NCBI GenBank assembly: GCA_050575255.1
Contig: JBNZDD010013718.1
Span: 8,238,579 to 8,302,578, forward strand
DNA: 64,000 nucleotides
DNA from: Harriotta raleighana
Taxonomy: Eukaryota
Direction: 5' to 3'
The notes under the pieces were generated by a model that saw only the letters and a list, made by a program, of their open reading frames with translations, did not search any database and was not told where the DNA came from. Position 1 is the first letter of the stretch. Every line of letters begins with the position of its first letter. This document shows, in pieces, positions 28,053 through 40,059 of this stretch. Both the position numbers and the translations under genes were made by a program.

Positions 28053-28612
28053 AATGCTTTACAAATCTGGCTTCAGATCCCATGGATCTGTAGGACATGA
28101 TGAAAGGATTTTAATTCTACAGCAATGAGACTTGCCAATGACTTATCTTGCATTTGCTACAGCACCAAATCACATTGGAAGGACAGGTCAAAGCACTTCA
28201 CAGGAATTACTGTGAAATGGAGTGACTGTATTGGTAGGCAAATGCATAAACACAATTGCACACCTCAATAACAGTTGTAGAGCGAGTGACTCGTTTTATT
28301 TTATGAGGGATTGTTGGCTAGGATACTGTGAGAAACTCCCTTCTCTTTTCGAATAGTGCCATGGCATCTTTAACATCCACCTGAACAGTCAGACAGGATT
28401 TTAGTTCAAAATTTCATCCAAAAACTGGCACCTCCAGCAGAACAGCACCCACCTCCCCCATTACCCCTGATGATTTGAACCAAGACTCAAGAGGTGAGAA
28501 TGCTACCCCTCCTTTTTCTGAGAGGTTTAATATGGTTCCTTCCTCAGTTCTACAATCCTCTCCCTTAACGAGTTCAGAGGAAAAGCGGGTATTGAAATAA
28601 TTCAGAACTTAC

Positions 28613-28741
28613 CAACAGGGGAATTTTGGCCCATCTGGATTGTTAATCACACATTTGCTCGTTGACCGGGATACCCTGGGATTTCCACTTCCCACAGACG
28701 ATCCTGTTCATTGTGGTGTGACTGTAGATACTTGTGACAAA
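28613..28741 (-). pseudogene. FAM169B: FAM169B-like exon relic 6 (129 bp, in-frame stop)
   Basis: tacag|VCHKYLQSHHNEQDRLWEVEIPGYPGQRANV*LTIQMGQNSPV|gtaagt vs ACKQYFEKYPGDHELLWEVEGVGHWYQR. TGA at 28647-28649. Confidence 0.88.
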
Positions 28742-29090
28742 CTGTAAGAGAAAGGTCCGCCCACCATCATGACTTTGAAGCATCACTTCAGGGCGAATCG
28801 CTCTCAAATACAGTGATTATGAATAAATAATTAATACCATTGCTACCAAATGAGCCACACCAGTCAATAGGCACAGCATTTGACTTGTGTTCTTTACCAA
28901 AAGCAATGACTCAGGCTGGGTGGTTCACACACTTTAACACACGTGGTCATTCTTGACATGCGAACCTAGAGAATGATTTATGAAAAGACCAATTGCAGCT
29001 CCCAACTGCTCCTCTAACTAGAATTCCTAACTCACCACAAACCAGGGGCAATTTTACCACTATGCAACGCACTAGCTAAACATTCCGTAC

Positions 29091-29273
29091 CTTTGTACAT
29101 GACTGGGGAGATAGGCTGACTGATGCCCAGTTCGTGGTCCTGAGGAAAGGTGCAAAAGAAATCGTGCAGGATTTACAACCCAAAGCCGAGTCGCTGGCAT
29201 TTCCATCTCAAAAACACTGTGTCCAACACAGACAACTGGTAACATTGGCTGGTGCAGTCATAGCACGGACTAC
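29091..29273 (-). pseudogene. FAM169B: FAM169B-like exon relic 5 (dead acceptor, in-frame stop)
   Basis: The in-phase acceptor reads cccAA| not AG; GSPCYDCTSQCYQLSVLDTVFLRWKCQRLGFGL*ILHDFFCTFPQDHELGISQPISPVMYK|gtacgg vs GSICASFLTQSYQLPVLDTMFLRKKYRGKDFGLHMLEDF...LGLRYPLSSLMY. TAA at 29173-29175. Confidence 0.9.
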
Positions 29274-29822
29274 TTGGGACACAAAGCAAAAACAGATCTT
29301 CCTAGCACATGGTTTCAGTGAAGCGCTTTGAGACGACTGGAAGACGTGAAAAACGCTACATCAAAAGGCAAGGATTATTATTTATTATTATGGTCCTTTT
29401 CATTAATATTTTCATCTTAAATGCAAGCTCTAGACATCACTTTCCTGAAATGCTCACTGATGCTAGAAATAGATTCTCCAGAACTGGTTTCCTTCCACTA
29501 AGTCGATACTATTTACCTGCTATTAAATACCGCAGAAACACTATGTTCAGTACAGTTTTTGTTTCATGCAGCAGGCCTGCCTTTCAATTTGCGTTCTTTC
29601 ATTTTGTTTGCAAACTAAATGATCTGCTTCTCCTATCCACATTATTAAACACAAGTGGGAATTTGGGCTAAGAGTAGATAGCTCCATTGGATGAGGTAGC
29701 AACATTGTGGGCTCATTGTGCCAAACTGCCTTCTCCTCTTTTGTTATTTCTATTAATCAATGATTGGTGCTCTAGTTTAGACAAGATAGTTCATATGACC
29801 CACAAAGTGACCGACCAATTAC

Positions 29823-29985
29823 CTTTCAATTTCACTATATAAAAACTAGCTGCTCCCAGAATACCTTAGCAAGTTCACTAGCAGGGTGAACAAGGAAAAG
29901 AGCATCACTAGGTGATATCTCCTGGAGCTTGTAGATTATCTGGTTTAAAATGTAAAGCATTATCCACTCCCCCAATGGATTGAAC
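29823..29985 (-). pseudogene. FAM169B: FAM169B-like exon relic 4 (two frameshifts)
   Basis: ttcag|VQSIG[+1 G]EWIMLYILNQIIYKLQEISPSDALFLVHPASELAKVFW[deletion]AASFYIVKLK|gtaatt vs VSTLGERVVLYVLNRIIYRKQE...AKILWKKGEAIGFYSVK. Confidence 0.88.
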
Positions 29986-30485
29986 CTGAAAAAAGAAAGT
30001 CCAAAACACACTCACTGAAACTGTTTTTCTCTCCACCAGCTTTCTTCTCCCCTGAACAAAACATGACTCCTTTTTCTTCCTAACGTGGTGTTTGTTTCAA
30101 GGGAAGCTGGACAAAAAGGCATTTGCAATGCATTTGGTCATACTAGCATCTCAATGAAACCTCTGGATAGTGATCAGGAGGGGGCTTACACCACAACACT
30201 GGAAATCACTGCCTCAACCTCTACTTGTCCATCTTCACATCACACGCAAAGATCTTCCTTGTCAACTGTGCTTATTGTCATCTGCCCTCTTTCCCTGGCT
30301 CAGAGTCAACTTCTACCATTGTTAAGCGCTCTGAGACACTACCCGGCATTAAAGTTGGTATATAAATGCAAGTTGTTCTTGTAATATATTCACTCTCTAA
30401 ACCAGGGCATCAAACCCCAAGTTCAATTTACTCAAGAGATTAAATTAGTTGATATTAACCCGTTTTCCCTCGGAGTGACTGTTAC

Positions 30486-30571
30486 CTGTACCAGGTTCTG
30501 TCTCGAGGGGTTGGATATTTTCGAAACATCTTCCACTGATCACCATCTTCCATTTAGGTGTAGAGCTAATA
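30486..30571 (-). pseudogene. FAM169B: FAM169B-like exon relic 3 (86 bp, in-frame stop)
   Basis: tacag|VLALHLNGRW*SVEDVSKISNPSRQNLVQ|gtaac vs AVALYLADQWWAIDDIVKTSVPSREGLKQ; TGA at 30540-30542 replaces the second W. Confidence 0.85.
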
Positions 30572-30614
30572 CTGTAGGAGAATAGTGAACGTGAATTGAG
30601 GCACAGAAACGGAA

Positions 30615-30995
30615 AGAAAGAACTTGCATTTCTAACACTTTATTGTCCCAAAACATCACCTAATGTAGTGTTGTGACTGCTATTTTAGGCAAAACAAGGT
30701 TCCACAAGCAGCTATGTGCTGAATGATTAATTAATCTGGAGGGTTATTAGCTGGGACATTAGGGCAAATGCCCTTTTCTTTTTCAATAATATTATTGGAA
30801 TTTTAATATACAACTGAACAGGCAAATGGACCTCAGTTTAATATCCTATCTGAAGACCAGGACCATCGACAATGCAGTGCTATCCCACACACACACATTG
30901 TAGTGTCAGCTCATACTCAAGTCTCAGCATCAGGTTCAAACCTACAACTTTGTTACTTAGAGGCGAGAATGCTACAAACTGAACCAAACTGACAA
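30615..30995 (-). mobile_element. Old, diverged Deu-domain SINE in a pseudogene intron
   Basis: aacttgcatt...cctcagtttaatatcctatctgaagac...gacaatgcagtgct...gtgtcagc...ttcaaacctacaac...ttagaggcgagaatgctac; related relics near 28140-28505, 34010-34410 and 41800-42170. Confidence 0.6.
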
Positions 30996-31378
30996 CCTAA
31001 ATAAGGGTCTGGAACAGTATCGAACAAACATTGAGGCAGAGGCTCGAATATAAAAACTGCACACTTCAGTCAGTGGTTGTGTGCACTGATAAATGGTTAA
31101 AACAGGAGGTGATATATAGCTCTCCTTCACCCTCTATTGGTAGATAACTGGTACTGGTACTGAGTTTAAGAATTTTTAAAAATCACTGTAGTTCTATGGC
31201 TGAAAAATCAGCTGAAGAAACTTCAGGAAAATCTTATTCAGTGCATTTTGGAAATCAATTTATTTGTTGGGAGGTTGTTCTACATGACTACTACACCATG
31301 AGGGAAAAGGTTCACTAATTCAAGTACAACTTCCAGCCATTTTGTTCTAAACCTTGTGTTATTAAACGCTGTCTGAGC

Positions 31379-31412
31379 GGTGTCCAGAGCTCATAGGTGT
31401 CCAGAGCTCATA
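31379..31412. repeat. 17-bp tandem duplication ggtgtccagagctcata x2
   Basis: Direct inspection. Confidence 0.85.
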
Positions 31413-31438
31413 GTTAGCAAAGAGTCTGCCTTACTGAC

Positions 31439-31537
31439 CTGTTTGTTCTTCTTTTGGTTGGAAGAGAATCAGCACTGCATGTTCAGAATCCTCTCTGCAC
31501 ACAGATAGAAGGATAATTATGAATTTCTGATAGGAAC
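31439..31537 (-). pseudogene. FAM169B: FAM169B-like exon relic 2 (99 bp, 1-nt deletion)
   Basis: ttccag|VPIRNS[fs]IILLSVCREDSEHAVLILFQPKEEQT|gtcagt vs IPISLSNVGFVPLYGGDQTQKILALFAPEDSLT. Confidence 0.75.
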
Positions 31538-31917
31538 CTGGAAGAACAGACACACTTCAATCACTCTGTGTTCTCTCTTCAGGTGTACTTACTACACCAT
31601 GACCCAGGAAAATCCTAAGAGCATTGGAGATCAACTAAACAGGGGTCAGTTTTGTGTTATTTCTTAAAAGGATTTCTTAATAAGAAATCCCCTAGTCTAT
31701 GATAGTTTACTCATGGGAACCCTGTTCCAACTCAATCTACTTTCGGAACAGGAAGGATTGCCTTGAGTTCTGGAAGTAAAATTGTCCCCAAATAGTCTTT
31801 AACAAGCAGACAAATTGTCATTCAAATCCATTGCTGTTTTTGGAACCTTGCCATGCTCAAATTGGATGCTGTTATATATATATATATATGTGTATATATC
31901 ACACACATACAAACTAT

Positions 31918-32286
31918 AGTCCTGTTGCATATCGGTTAGAGCACTCAGAAGCGAGAGGACCCGAATTCGATTCCCAGGCAAACTTAACCAAGTTTCCTTT
32001 ATCCACACCCATTGTTTACCTGGCAATAATAAGTAATTATTACCCCCGGAAAAACGATTCATCAATCAACTAACAACCCGGTTGTTAGTTGATTGATGGA
32101 TCGCTTTTCCGGGGGTAATAATCCCTTCCCCAAAAATAAATTTGGTTACTCAATCCACGATTGTTTGTGGGACACTGCGGTGTGCAATTGACTGCTTTGT
32201 TTTGCCCACAAAAAATATGTGGTACGCTTTGAAATGTCTCAACCATGCGATAAGGTGCTACATTAAATGCAAAGGATTACTATTAT
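31918..32286 (+). mobile_element. DeuSINE (second subfamily, gaagcgagaggac head) carrying an internal palindrome
   Basis: Same head and body as the copy at 61355-61716; Deu core at ~32160-32200; tail to ~32286. Confidence 0.85.
32036..32122. repeat. Near-perfect palindrome, 43-bp arms, 1-nt spacer, 2 mismatches
   Basis: attattacccccggaaaaacgattcatcaatcaactaacaacc-c-ggttgttagttgattgatggatcgcttttccgggggtaataat. Confidence 0.95.
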
Positions 32287-32713
32287 CATGATTAATACAG
32301 TCACTGCGCTTGACAGCAATTTCCTGGGAAGTGCTTTGAGTAATTTTAATGTTTGATAGGTGCTAATTCAAATGCAAAAATGGTGACTAATTATTAATGG
32401 CATTATTATAAAGGACTTTCAGAGAAATGTAGGGTCCAGTATAGCGGTAGAGGTAGAAACATTACACTTGCAATTCCACACACACTCTCCAGAGAGCACT
32501 ACAACACTGGGAATATTTTCTATCTGTACAGTAGCCGACACAGTAAGGTTGTGAATTCTGCAAGTTTTAAAAAAAAATTATTGGATAACTATTCCCATGG
32601 CTTTAACAAGCTTTTATTTTCAACAAATAGCAAAGCCCTACATCCCAAGAAGGTCCCAGTTCCAATTCCTGGCCTTTGCTCAGCACAATGAAAATTATAG
32701 TGTAATTAGATAC

Positions 32714-32843
32714 CTTTTCTCCTGTGGGCAAACTTAAGTATTCAGCCTCAGGACAGTCTGTGCTGCGAAGTTTGGATATATACTCCAGTGTCTCAACATA
32801 TCCTAGCTCCAGCTTGTTAAAGTATCCACTGGATAGCATGGCC
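32714..32843 (-). pseudogene. FAM169B: FAM169B-like exon relic 1
   Basis: tttag|...PCYPVDTLTSWS*DMLRH [frameshift] EYISKLRSTDCPEAEYLSLPTGEK|gtatct vs recalled FAM169A FPVDMLENCSHEELENSAEDYMSDLRCGDPENPECFSL. TAG at 32803-32805. Confidence 0.75.
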
Positions 32844-35230
32844 CTAAAAGGAATGATGAGAAAAACTAAAATAGGCAGTTACAAACCGTATAAAGAGTCA
32901 CCATTCTCTGATTAGTCTTATTAAAACAATTGCTTGGGAGTCGTATCACACTGTAATGAATAACCCGCAATAGTTTAATCATATTTCTGATATGTGCCTC
33001 GGTAAAGTGAAGAATCCCCATCTAAGAGTGTTGGCAGAGAACAACAACTTGTACATGTATAGCATATTTTAAATTTCAGATGCACGTCTAAAAATGCCTC
33101 ACAATAACGATGGGAGCAGAGAGGAGTTGGGGTGGATTTGTTGGGGGAATTTGAGGACACTAGCCTTTGGTCAAGTTTGTTTTGGAGAACAAAAAGTCAC
33201 AAAGTCAAAGAATTTTGTGAGCAAGTTCCACTGAGCATTGGCATGGTGAGTTCCCCATGTGAAGCAGTTCTGAGTTATAGTGGAAGCAGAGGGCAGTAGG
33301 GTCACCGAGTGGATCTACAGGAGAGCAATTTCTATCTGAGCCAGATGATCAAAGATGAGGGGAAATAAAACATTTCAGGAAAGGCATTTAAATCTTGAAA
33401 ACTTTTTCTTTTAAATGTGTTTTAAACTAAGGGAGTGAATGTTACGCTGAGCTTTCTCTCTCTGAGGCTTTTTTTCCCTTGTAAGGAGACTGAGGGTTCA
33501 ATAGGGAACTATAAACATTGGCCGTTATATCAGTGTTACAGTAACTAAGTTTGATGCCTAGTGGGGAAGCCTAGTGGTATACAAGATCTGGCATACATCT
33601 GCAAAATATATAACATATAGTATACATCACTAAGTACTTCAATGAGCAAAACAGAAGCCAAGGCCGGAATGCTTTCATACGTGTTCCTGTGTAAATTTCA
33701 TTCATGGCCAGGTTAGAATTACAGCTGAGGAAGGCAAACAAATGGGGATACTGTCTCTTCAAAATTATACCTGGGAGGCCAAGGGATTCTTGACATTCCC
33801 ACAGTAACATTCCTCAGATGCTGAGAGGCAGCCATCTTAAAACAGTCTTTTGTCCTAAGCATCATAACACCAGGGCTTACTTATTCGCAAGTGGTTGCAT
33901 TGGGAAATACGATCAAGGTAAAGTTTCTTCAAAAAAAATCCTCAAATTGTCAATCAGGTTGGGCTCTCTATCCTGAGCTGTCAATCGCAGCGCTGGGCTA
34001 CAGCAATATTAAAATGCAAGTTAATTGTCAAATTTGATGTAGCACATTATCACATTGACAAAACATCTCAAAGTGCTTCACAGGATATAGGGTAAAATGG
34101 TGACTTTACTTTGTAGGCAAACACTGCAGCTAATTTGCATATAGGGATATCCAACAAACATTAATTAAGTGTTTAGATGTTATTTAGAGATTGTTGGCCA
34201 GGATATGCAAGAAACTCATCTTCAATTGTGCACATGGGATCATTAACATCCCCCTGAACAGGCAGACATGACTCCAGTTTAACATTTCATCTGAAGGACA
34301 GCATCTCTGACAATGTAGTAGTGTTGCATTAGTGACAGCCTTGACTATCAATTAAAAAATCCCAATTTGTGATTTGAACTGACAAACGTTTGACTTGAGA
34401 TGCAAAAATGATATTTGAAGATGTTTATTTTGCGAGAAAGGAACTGCACTGTGAACTCGCAACTGGTCCTACTATGCACCTATTACCAGGGATCGAGCCT
34501 GCTGTGGCTCCAAACCGTAATGTTTAGAAAGATCGATGGTGGGGAGATAATGTTTGATTGCTGGTGATTGGGTGCAGATGCATCCAGTAATTGCCAATCA
34601 AGTGGTACAACTTGCACTTATATAGCACCCTCCACGCAGGGTTAGCAGTAGTTAACAATGGCCTGACTCTGAGCCAGGGTGGGAAGAGGTGGGCGTACAC
34701 ACGGTCGATGAGGAAGGGACTTCAGGCAGTAGATTTACAGTAGTGCAATAATGGGCATGTAATCAAGTTTTCTTGGCATTAGTGAAGGTGCTGATATATG
34801 TGTCTGCTCTCTGGCAGCTTACAGCAGGAGGGAAGTATCTGTGTTCCACGGCAGCCCAGCGCTGAATACACACTCCTGTTGTCTCTGCCAGTGTAATGAA
34901 GGACAGGCTCCCTGTTGGGGAAGCTCAAGTTCTTGTCAGCATTTTTAGGCATTGAGCCATAAGAATGCCTGATTTGAGGATTGCAAGGCTGAAAATCATG
35001 AGTTAAAATAAGCTCCTTTCCTGCAACCTCTTTCGATCCAATACCATCATGAGAGTTGTGCCCATCATCATGCTGTGTGTGAACAGGGTTTGTGAATTGG
35101 AAAGCTTCCTTAATGGCTCAGGTGGAATTGTTGTAAGTTCAATCCATGGTCTGTATGGCGTTAGCCTGAACCCAGCTGAGGTAGGAGTTGGCCCAGTGCC
35201 TCTGTGAGAGGGGGAAGCATTTTGCAGTGA

Positions 35231-35454
35231 TCTTTCCTTTGGATCATTATCCATTGACTTGCTGTGGATGTGTGTGGGTGGGTGTGGGTGAATTCACTGG
35301 TGTGATGGGTAAAGAACAGGATCAAGCTCAGCTGGGAACCTCCTTTGNTCTTTCCTTTGGATCATTATCCATTGACTTGCTGTGGATGTGTGTGGGTGAA
35401 TTCACTGGTGTGATGGGTAAAGAACAGGATCAAGCTAGCTGGGAACCTCCTTTT
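35231..35454. repeat. ~110-bp near-duplicate (35231-35347 vs 35349-35454) bounded by single Ns; probable assembly/haplotype artefact
   Basis: Ns at 35348 and 35455; the copies differ mainly by a 10-bp indel (ggtgtgggtg) and a 1-bp indel. Confidence 0.8.
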
Positions 35455-38104
35455 NCCAATTGCTGGCACTTACTGTTGAGCCTAACTAACACTTGGGAGA
35501 AGGTTGGGTAGAGTAGCAGACAGCAGCTGTCAGCGGGAAATATTACCCCAGAACATGCCAACGCTTTTTAAGAAACAAGGGTAAAAACTGGAGGAAAGGG
35601 GTTGAGGGAATCTTAGCAGTGATGAAGTTTCAAAGTTGAAAGTAAAAAATGTACTTTTTTAAATTTAAAAACATGTCTGTTCTAATGTCTAAAGCTTAGT
35701 GTGCAACAAAGAATGTGAAAAAAACCTCTCGTATCAATTTAAACACTCACTCATCATAAATATAAATCAAAACTAATTGAGACAAGTTACACTGCTGAAA
35801 GCAGCAAACCCAACAATATATTCTCGGGTAACTTCACACTCTCGAGCAGTTACTACTTGCGGGAGTCGTAAAATTCTGTAAGTTTTCGTTTTGTGATACT
35901 CACGTTTTACAAGACAGACCATCAGGAGAGTGACATCTAAGGTGTTGGGAGGGGGGCGGGGGGTGGTGGGGAGGGCGGAGAGACAGGGAGCACTGAGGTT
36001 ACAATAGTGAATAGCTCAGAGCAAATTCAACTGTTTTTCAGGTGTCACACACAAACTGCTGGTGGGGGAAGAATTTTCTTTCTCAATGTGTACTTGTTAT
36101 TCTAATCTTCTCTCCAATCTAGCAGCACACGGTTTCAATTCCCCCAGATTTGGGTTACCAGATACCCGGTGTGTCACTGTATGTGAACCAACATCAAACC
36201 TGCTTAGAAATGTCTCTTTAATCCCTTACCTTGCTCACACTGCTCTCTGCTACCTTCCATCTTGTGTTCTCATTTCCTCTTGTTGCTCCTCCTCCTCCTT
36301 ACATTGCCCTTAAGCTGGCCAGCTACCCAATATTTAAGTGTAGACAGAACTTCTAAACATCGCATTGTAATTAAGTATCAAAGCATGAAATACAACAAAA
36401 TAATCCCAAAATCAATCACCTTAAAATCCATTATTAGAATAGTTAAAATATTTTTAATAATATTAAAATGTTTTGTTGTTTAGACACTCTTCTTCGACAG
36501 TGTCTTTGTTCACCCTTTTAGGGATACTACTTTCCCTGTCCTCCATCTCTCCTGATTTCAATCACTAGCCCGGGTGTGGATTCTTCGCTGTCCAGCGCCT
36601 TGGGATGCCTCCTGACATGAAAGTCACTATACAAATGTCATTTGTTGTTGTTTTTACACTTTTACCTGGTTGTGATGGCGAGGCTGTTGGAGGGGGTGCT
36701 TTCCCTACCCTAATTGTTTCACCAACTTTCCTCAATTCCACAGGCGGTGACCCACCCCTTCTCTCACTCAAACCCCTCAACTGATTTCTCATAAACGGCT
36801 TTCTGGGACAGTGAAGCCCAGATTCCTCTCAACTCTGTGGGAAGAAATTCTCACTCATTTCAGTCCTGACCTATGGCCTAATTTAAAGGTTGTATCTTCA
36901 TCACCGATTGAACTAGCACCAGCAAGCAGTCAGTGCTCGCTGTTTATTTTGTCCATACCTCTTCATGATCTAAATGAGATCTACTTGTATGGATCCAATT
37001 TTCATTACATTTTGATTTCTTTTAAGATTTTCACACACCATAGTACGGTGTGGTTTGTTAAGACAACGCTTTTGTCTGTTTTCCTGTTTTTAAAGGGAGT
37101 TTTTTCTCTTCCCTCATGTTGATTTTTGCTACTGAAGAGATAGCGTTGCAGCTGGAGACAAGGGTTTGAGCTTCAGTAGAAAGCCCGCCCTGTTCTCTTC
37201 GGAAGCTGTTTACTCTCTCAAACACCACCCCAGGCATTGTTTTGTCTTTCTGGTCAACCACCTGATAGAACAGGTCTACTTTGAGGTTCCTGCTGCCAAA
37301 CAGGATTGAAAGAACATAGCTGAGATTTAGCTTGAGGGCATGTCCTTTAAATATTGAATTGGCTTCAACAAAAACAATTATTTGATGCACTTAACTCTTT
37401 TTGACCTAATCGTTTTCCAATAGATTTTTGTTGAAAATTTCAACACCTACTCTCCAATTATTATCTGTGTCTGTCAAATACATAACTTACATCTTTAATC
37501 TTTGTATCAGTAAAAGATTATTAGCAATTTACAAACCCCCATGGCTTCTTTTTAACCTGTTTCTTCCTTCCTCTGTTGGAAGTGCCAACTCACCCTGGGG
37601 TACAAGTTCCAGGGATACTGGGAGCCGATTGGTTCCTTGCCAAACTAGATATTCTTCCCCTGTCTAGCCAGTAACTGTCAACAAGGTATGTGATCATGGA
37701 GATTGATGGGAGGAGGCATCTGGATTAATTCTGGGTTTGTCTTTATTCTATATGTGAAATTGCCATGTTTCCCATTATCGTTGACTGGAGATCTACTTAT
37801 TTTAAGGTACAACATTTAGGAAATAATTTGGGCACCCACACTGATCTCTTATAAATGTCTGCAGACAAGAAGTAAACCAAAAGTTAAAACTATTGGGATT
37901 TTTACATCTATTGTGTTTTTTAGTCTCCCCAGTGCTTGGCCTCCTGAAGGTGTTTTGGCTTCTTTTTTTCCTTTCACTGCAACAATTACTTGCATTTATA
38001 TAGCACTTTTAAGCTAGACGGTAGTGTCTCGGAATGCTTAACAGTGGCTTAACACTATCCCTGGAATTTATATCCCAGGGCAAGTTGGCACTTCCAAAAG
38101 AAGA

Positions 38105-38630
38105 AAACAACAACAAATTGTATTTATATAGAGCCCTTCATGTCAGGACAACATCCCATGGGCTGGATATTCAAGCATTTGCAACCAAGCTGGGGGATGA
38201 ATTCAAGAGATGAGGGTAATTTGCCAATGTGTGATGGAGATGCTGAGTTTGTATGGGAATACCAGCAGCAGTTTTGAATCGGTAGGATTTTAATGGTTGG
38301 TGGAGCTGGGAAGACCAGCAAGAGGGAAATGGAAAAAATGGTGACGATTCAATGAATAAGGATTTCAGCTGCATTGGGTGTTAGGCATGGTCAGAGACGG
38401 GCAATGTGGAGAGGATAACGGTCCTGGTCGGGGACCAGATGTGCCCAGGTTGCATACAGGTTCAATGAATTTGAGGGATAGGCTGGAAAGACTAAGGAAG
38501 TCAAAGTCACAGGTGAGAAGCTGTTGACGGGAGCCGAGGAGGATGGTTTTCCTCTTGTCAACACTGGGATATAGTTCTGCAGGTTGCCCACTGGCTCCTT
38601 GCCCAAGTGGCCGTTATTTACGTGCAAGCT
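38105..38630 (-). mobile_element. Degraded L2-clade LINE 3' fragment
   Basis: Minus strand ends ...gacatgaagggctctatataaatacaatttgttgttg, preceded by decayed RT C-terminal-like sequence. Confidence 0.55.
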
Positions 38631-40059
38631 TTACAGTGCTGACAGCAGCTGGTGCATAGTTTCCTATCATTTATATACTTAACTCAAAGCAGCATTTGCT
38701 GGGCAAAACATTTCTGCTATTCATTAACCCAAAGCAGAAAAATAACTCTCAGGTATAGGTACTCTGCACGACACTGTTACATCATAGTTGTAGAGCTATC
38801 TAGCAGTCATAGTGCAAAGAAGCAGTAAGTGAACAAGGCATCCACATAACTATGTTTAGATACGGCAAAGGCATCTTGTCAGACTTCCCGTTGGGGCTCC
38901 AAACATTAGACACTGGACATTCCTGGCTTATCTTATTGGAATGATCAGAAGTGAATACAAAACAATTACATGTCGATAGCCGCAAAGCACACTATTCTGA
39001 ACATACATCTGTGAAATTATTTTGGGATACATTTCCTTAGTTACCTTTGTACCTTTGTAATTCTATGTCCCTTATCTATCAAGAGCACAGTGGCAAGATG
39101 TAATAGAAAACCGGTGTCATTGACAAACCTTGTTGAGTATTACGCTTACAGTGGAAAGAATAGCAAGCAATTATACAGCAGAGGATGGAACTGGAGGCAG
39201 TAACGGTCTCTCTGCTCCAAACCCGCTGTGGAGTGGAGTCTTTATATGCATTTGGTTTTATAATAATAACAAGGTGAAGTTTATTGGAAGAGAAAGAGCT
39301 CATTGAGACAAAGTATATTAGAGCTAAGAATGGAACTGCAGCTTTAGCAGATATTGAATATGCCTTTAAAATAAAACAAAGCATCCAATAGGAAGCTAAT
39401 CAGAATCTTATTAACAAGCAAAAGTTCATTCGGTCCTTTTCTAAGGATTACATTTATCGTTTTTTTTGTAGTGTAAACAGCATAACTGCGGAGAAATCGA
39501 CCCAGACTTCTCTTAATTCATTATTTACACAGCAACCCCAGGCCCTTCAGCAGTGACTGGTGTCAAAGATTGACTGAACTGCTGCAAAAACAGTGTTGGA
39601 CACCCAGCAACATACATACAATCCCAGTGTTGGAAAAATCCCATGGTGATAAATAATAATACTATTACATACGGTACATTTCATACAGTGCCTTTTATAT
39701 CAGGAGGACATTGCTAAGAATTTCAAAGGAAACAGTGTAAAGCGGAGTGCATATGTAGTTTGTGGGTGAACATGGCAGCCAATTTACACACAGCAATGTC
39801 CCACAAATCGTTGTGAAGTGAATGACCAATTTGACTGAGGGAGGTTTGGCCAGGACACTTGTGAGACTCCCGTTTCTTTTCAAATAATGCCATAAGTCTT
39901 TAACAGCTTTTCAGAGGGTCAAAGATAATTCCATCATAGGGAAACCATATAGTTAAACAGGTTTAATATAACTTGAGGGAGACACCGGACAGAACACTAA
40001 CTTGCAATATAGCATATTTTTTGTAATAATGAGCAGAGGGGGCGGGCAGGTTGGTGGGC

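Larger units (their letters stand above)
28613..32843 (-). pseudogene. FAM169B: Unprocessed FAM169-family (FAM169B-like) pseudogene, six recognisable exons
   Basis: Six colinear exon relics translate to FAM169-like segments with matching phases; all are disrupted. B rather than A is inferred from the position next to IGF1R. Confidence 0.85.

Noticed and set aside
32603-32839. 78-aa ORF as a stand-alone gene
   Set aside because: It is the shifted frame of a pseudogene exon reading through the donor at 32714 into intron.
34600-35230. ORF 35003-35254 and adjacent GC-richer sequence as a gene
   Set aside because: The segment ends on the minus strand in an L2-type tail near 34610, so it is more likely a decayed retroelement; no clear protein match.
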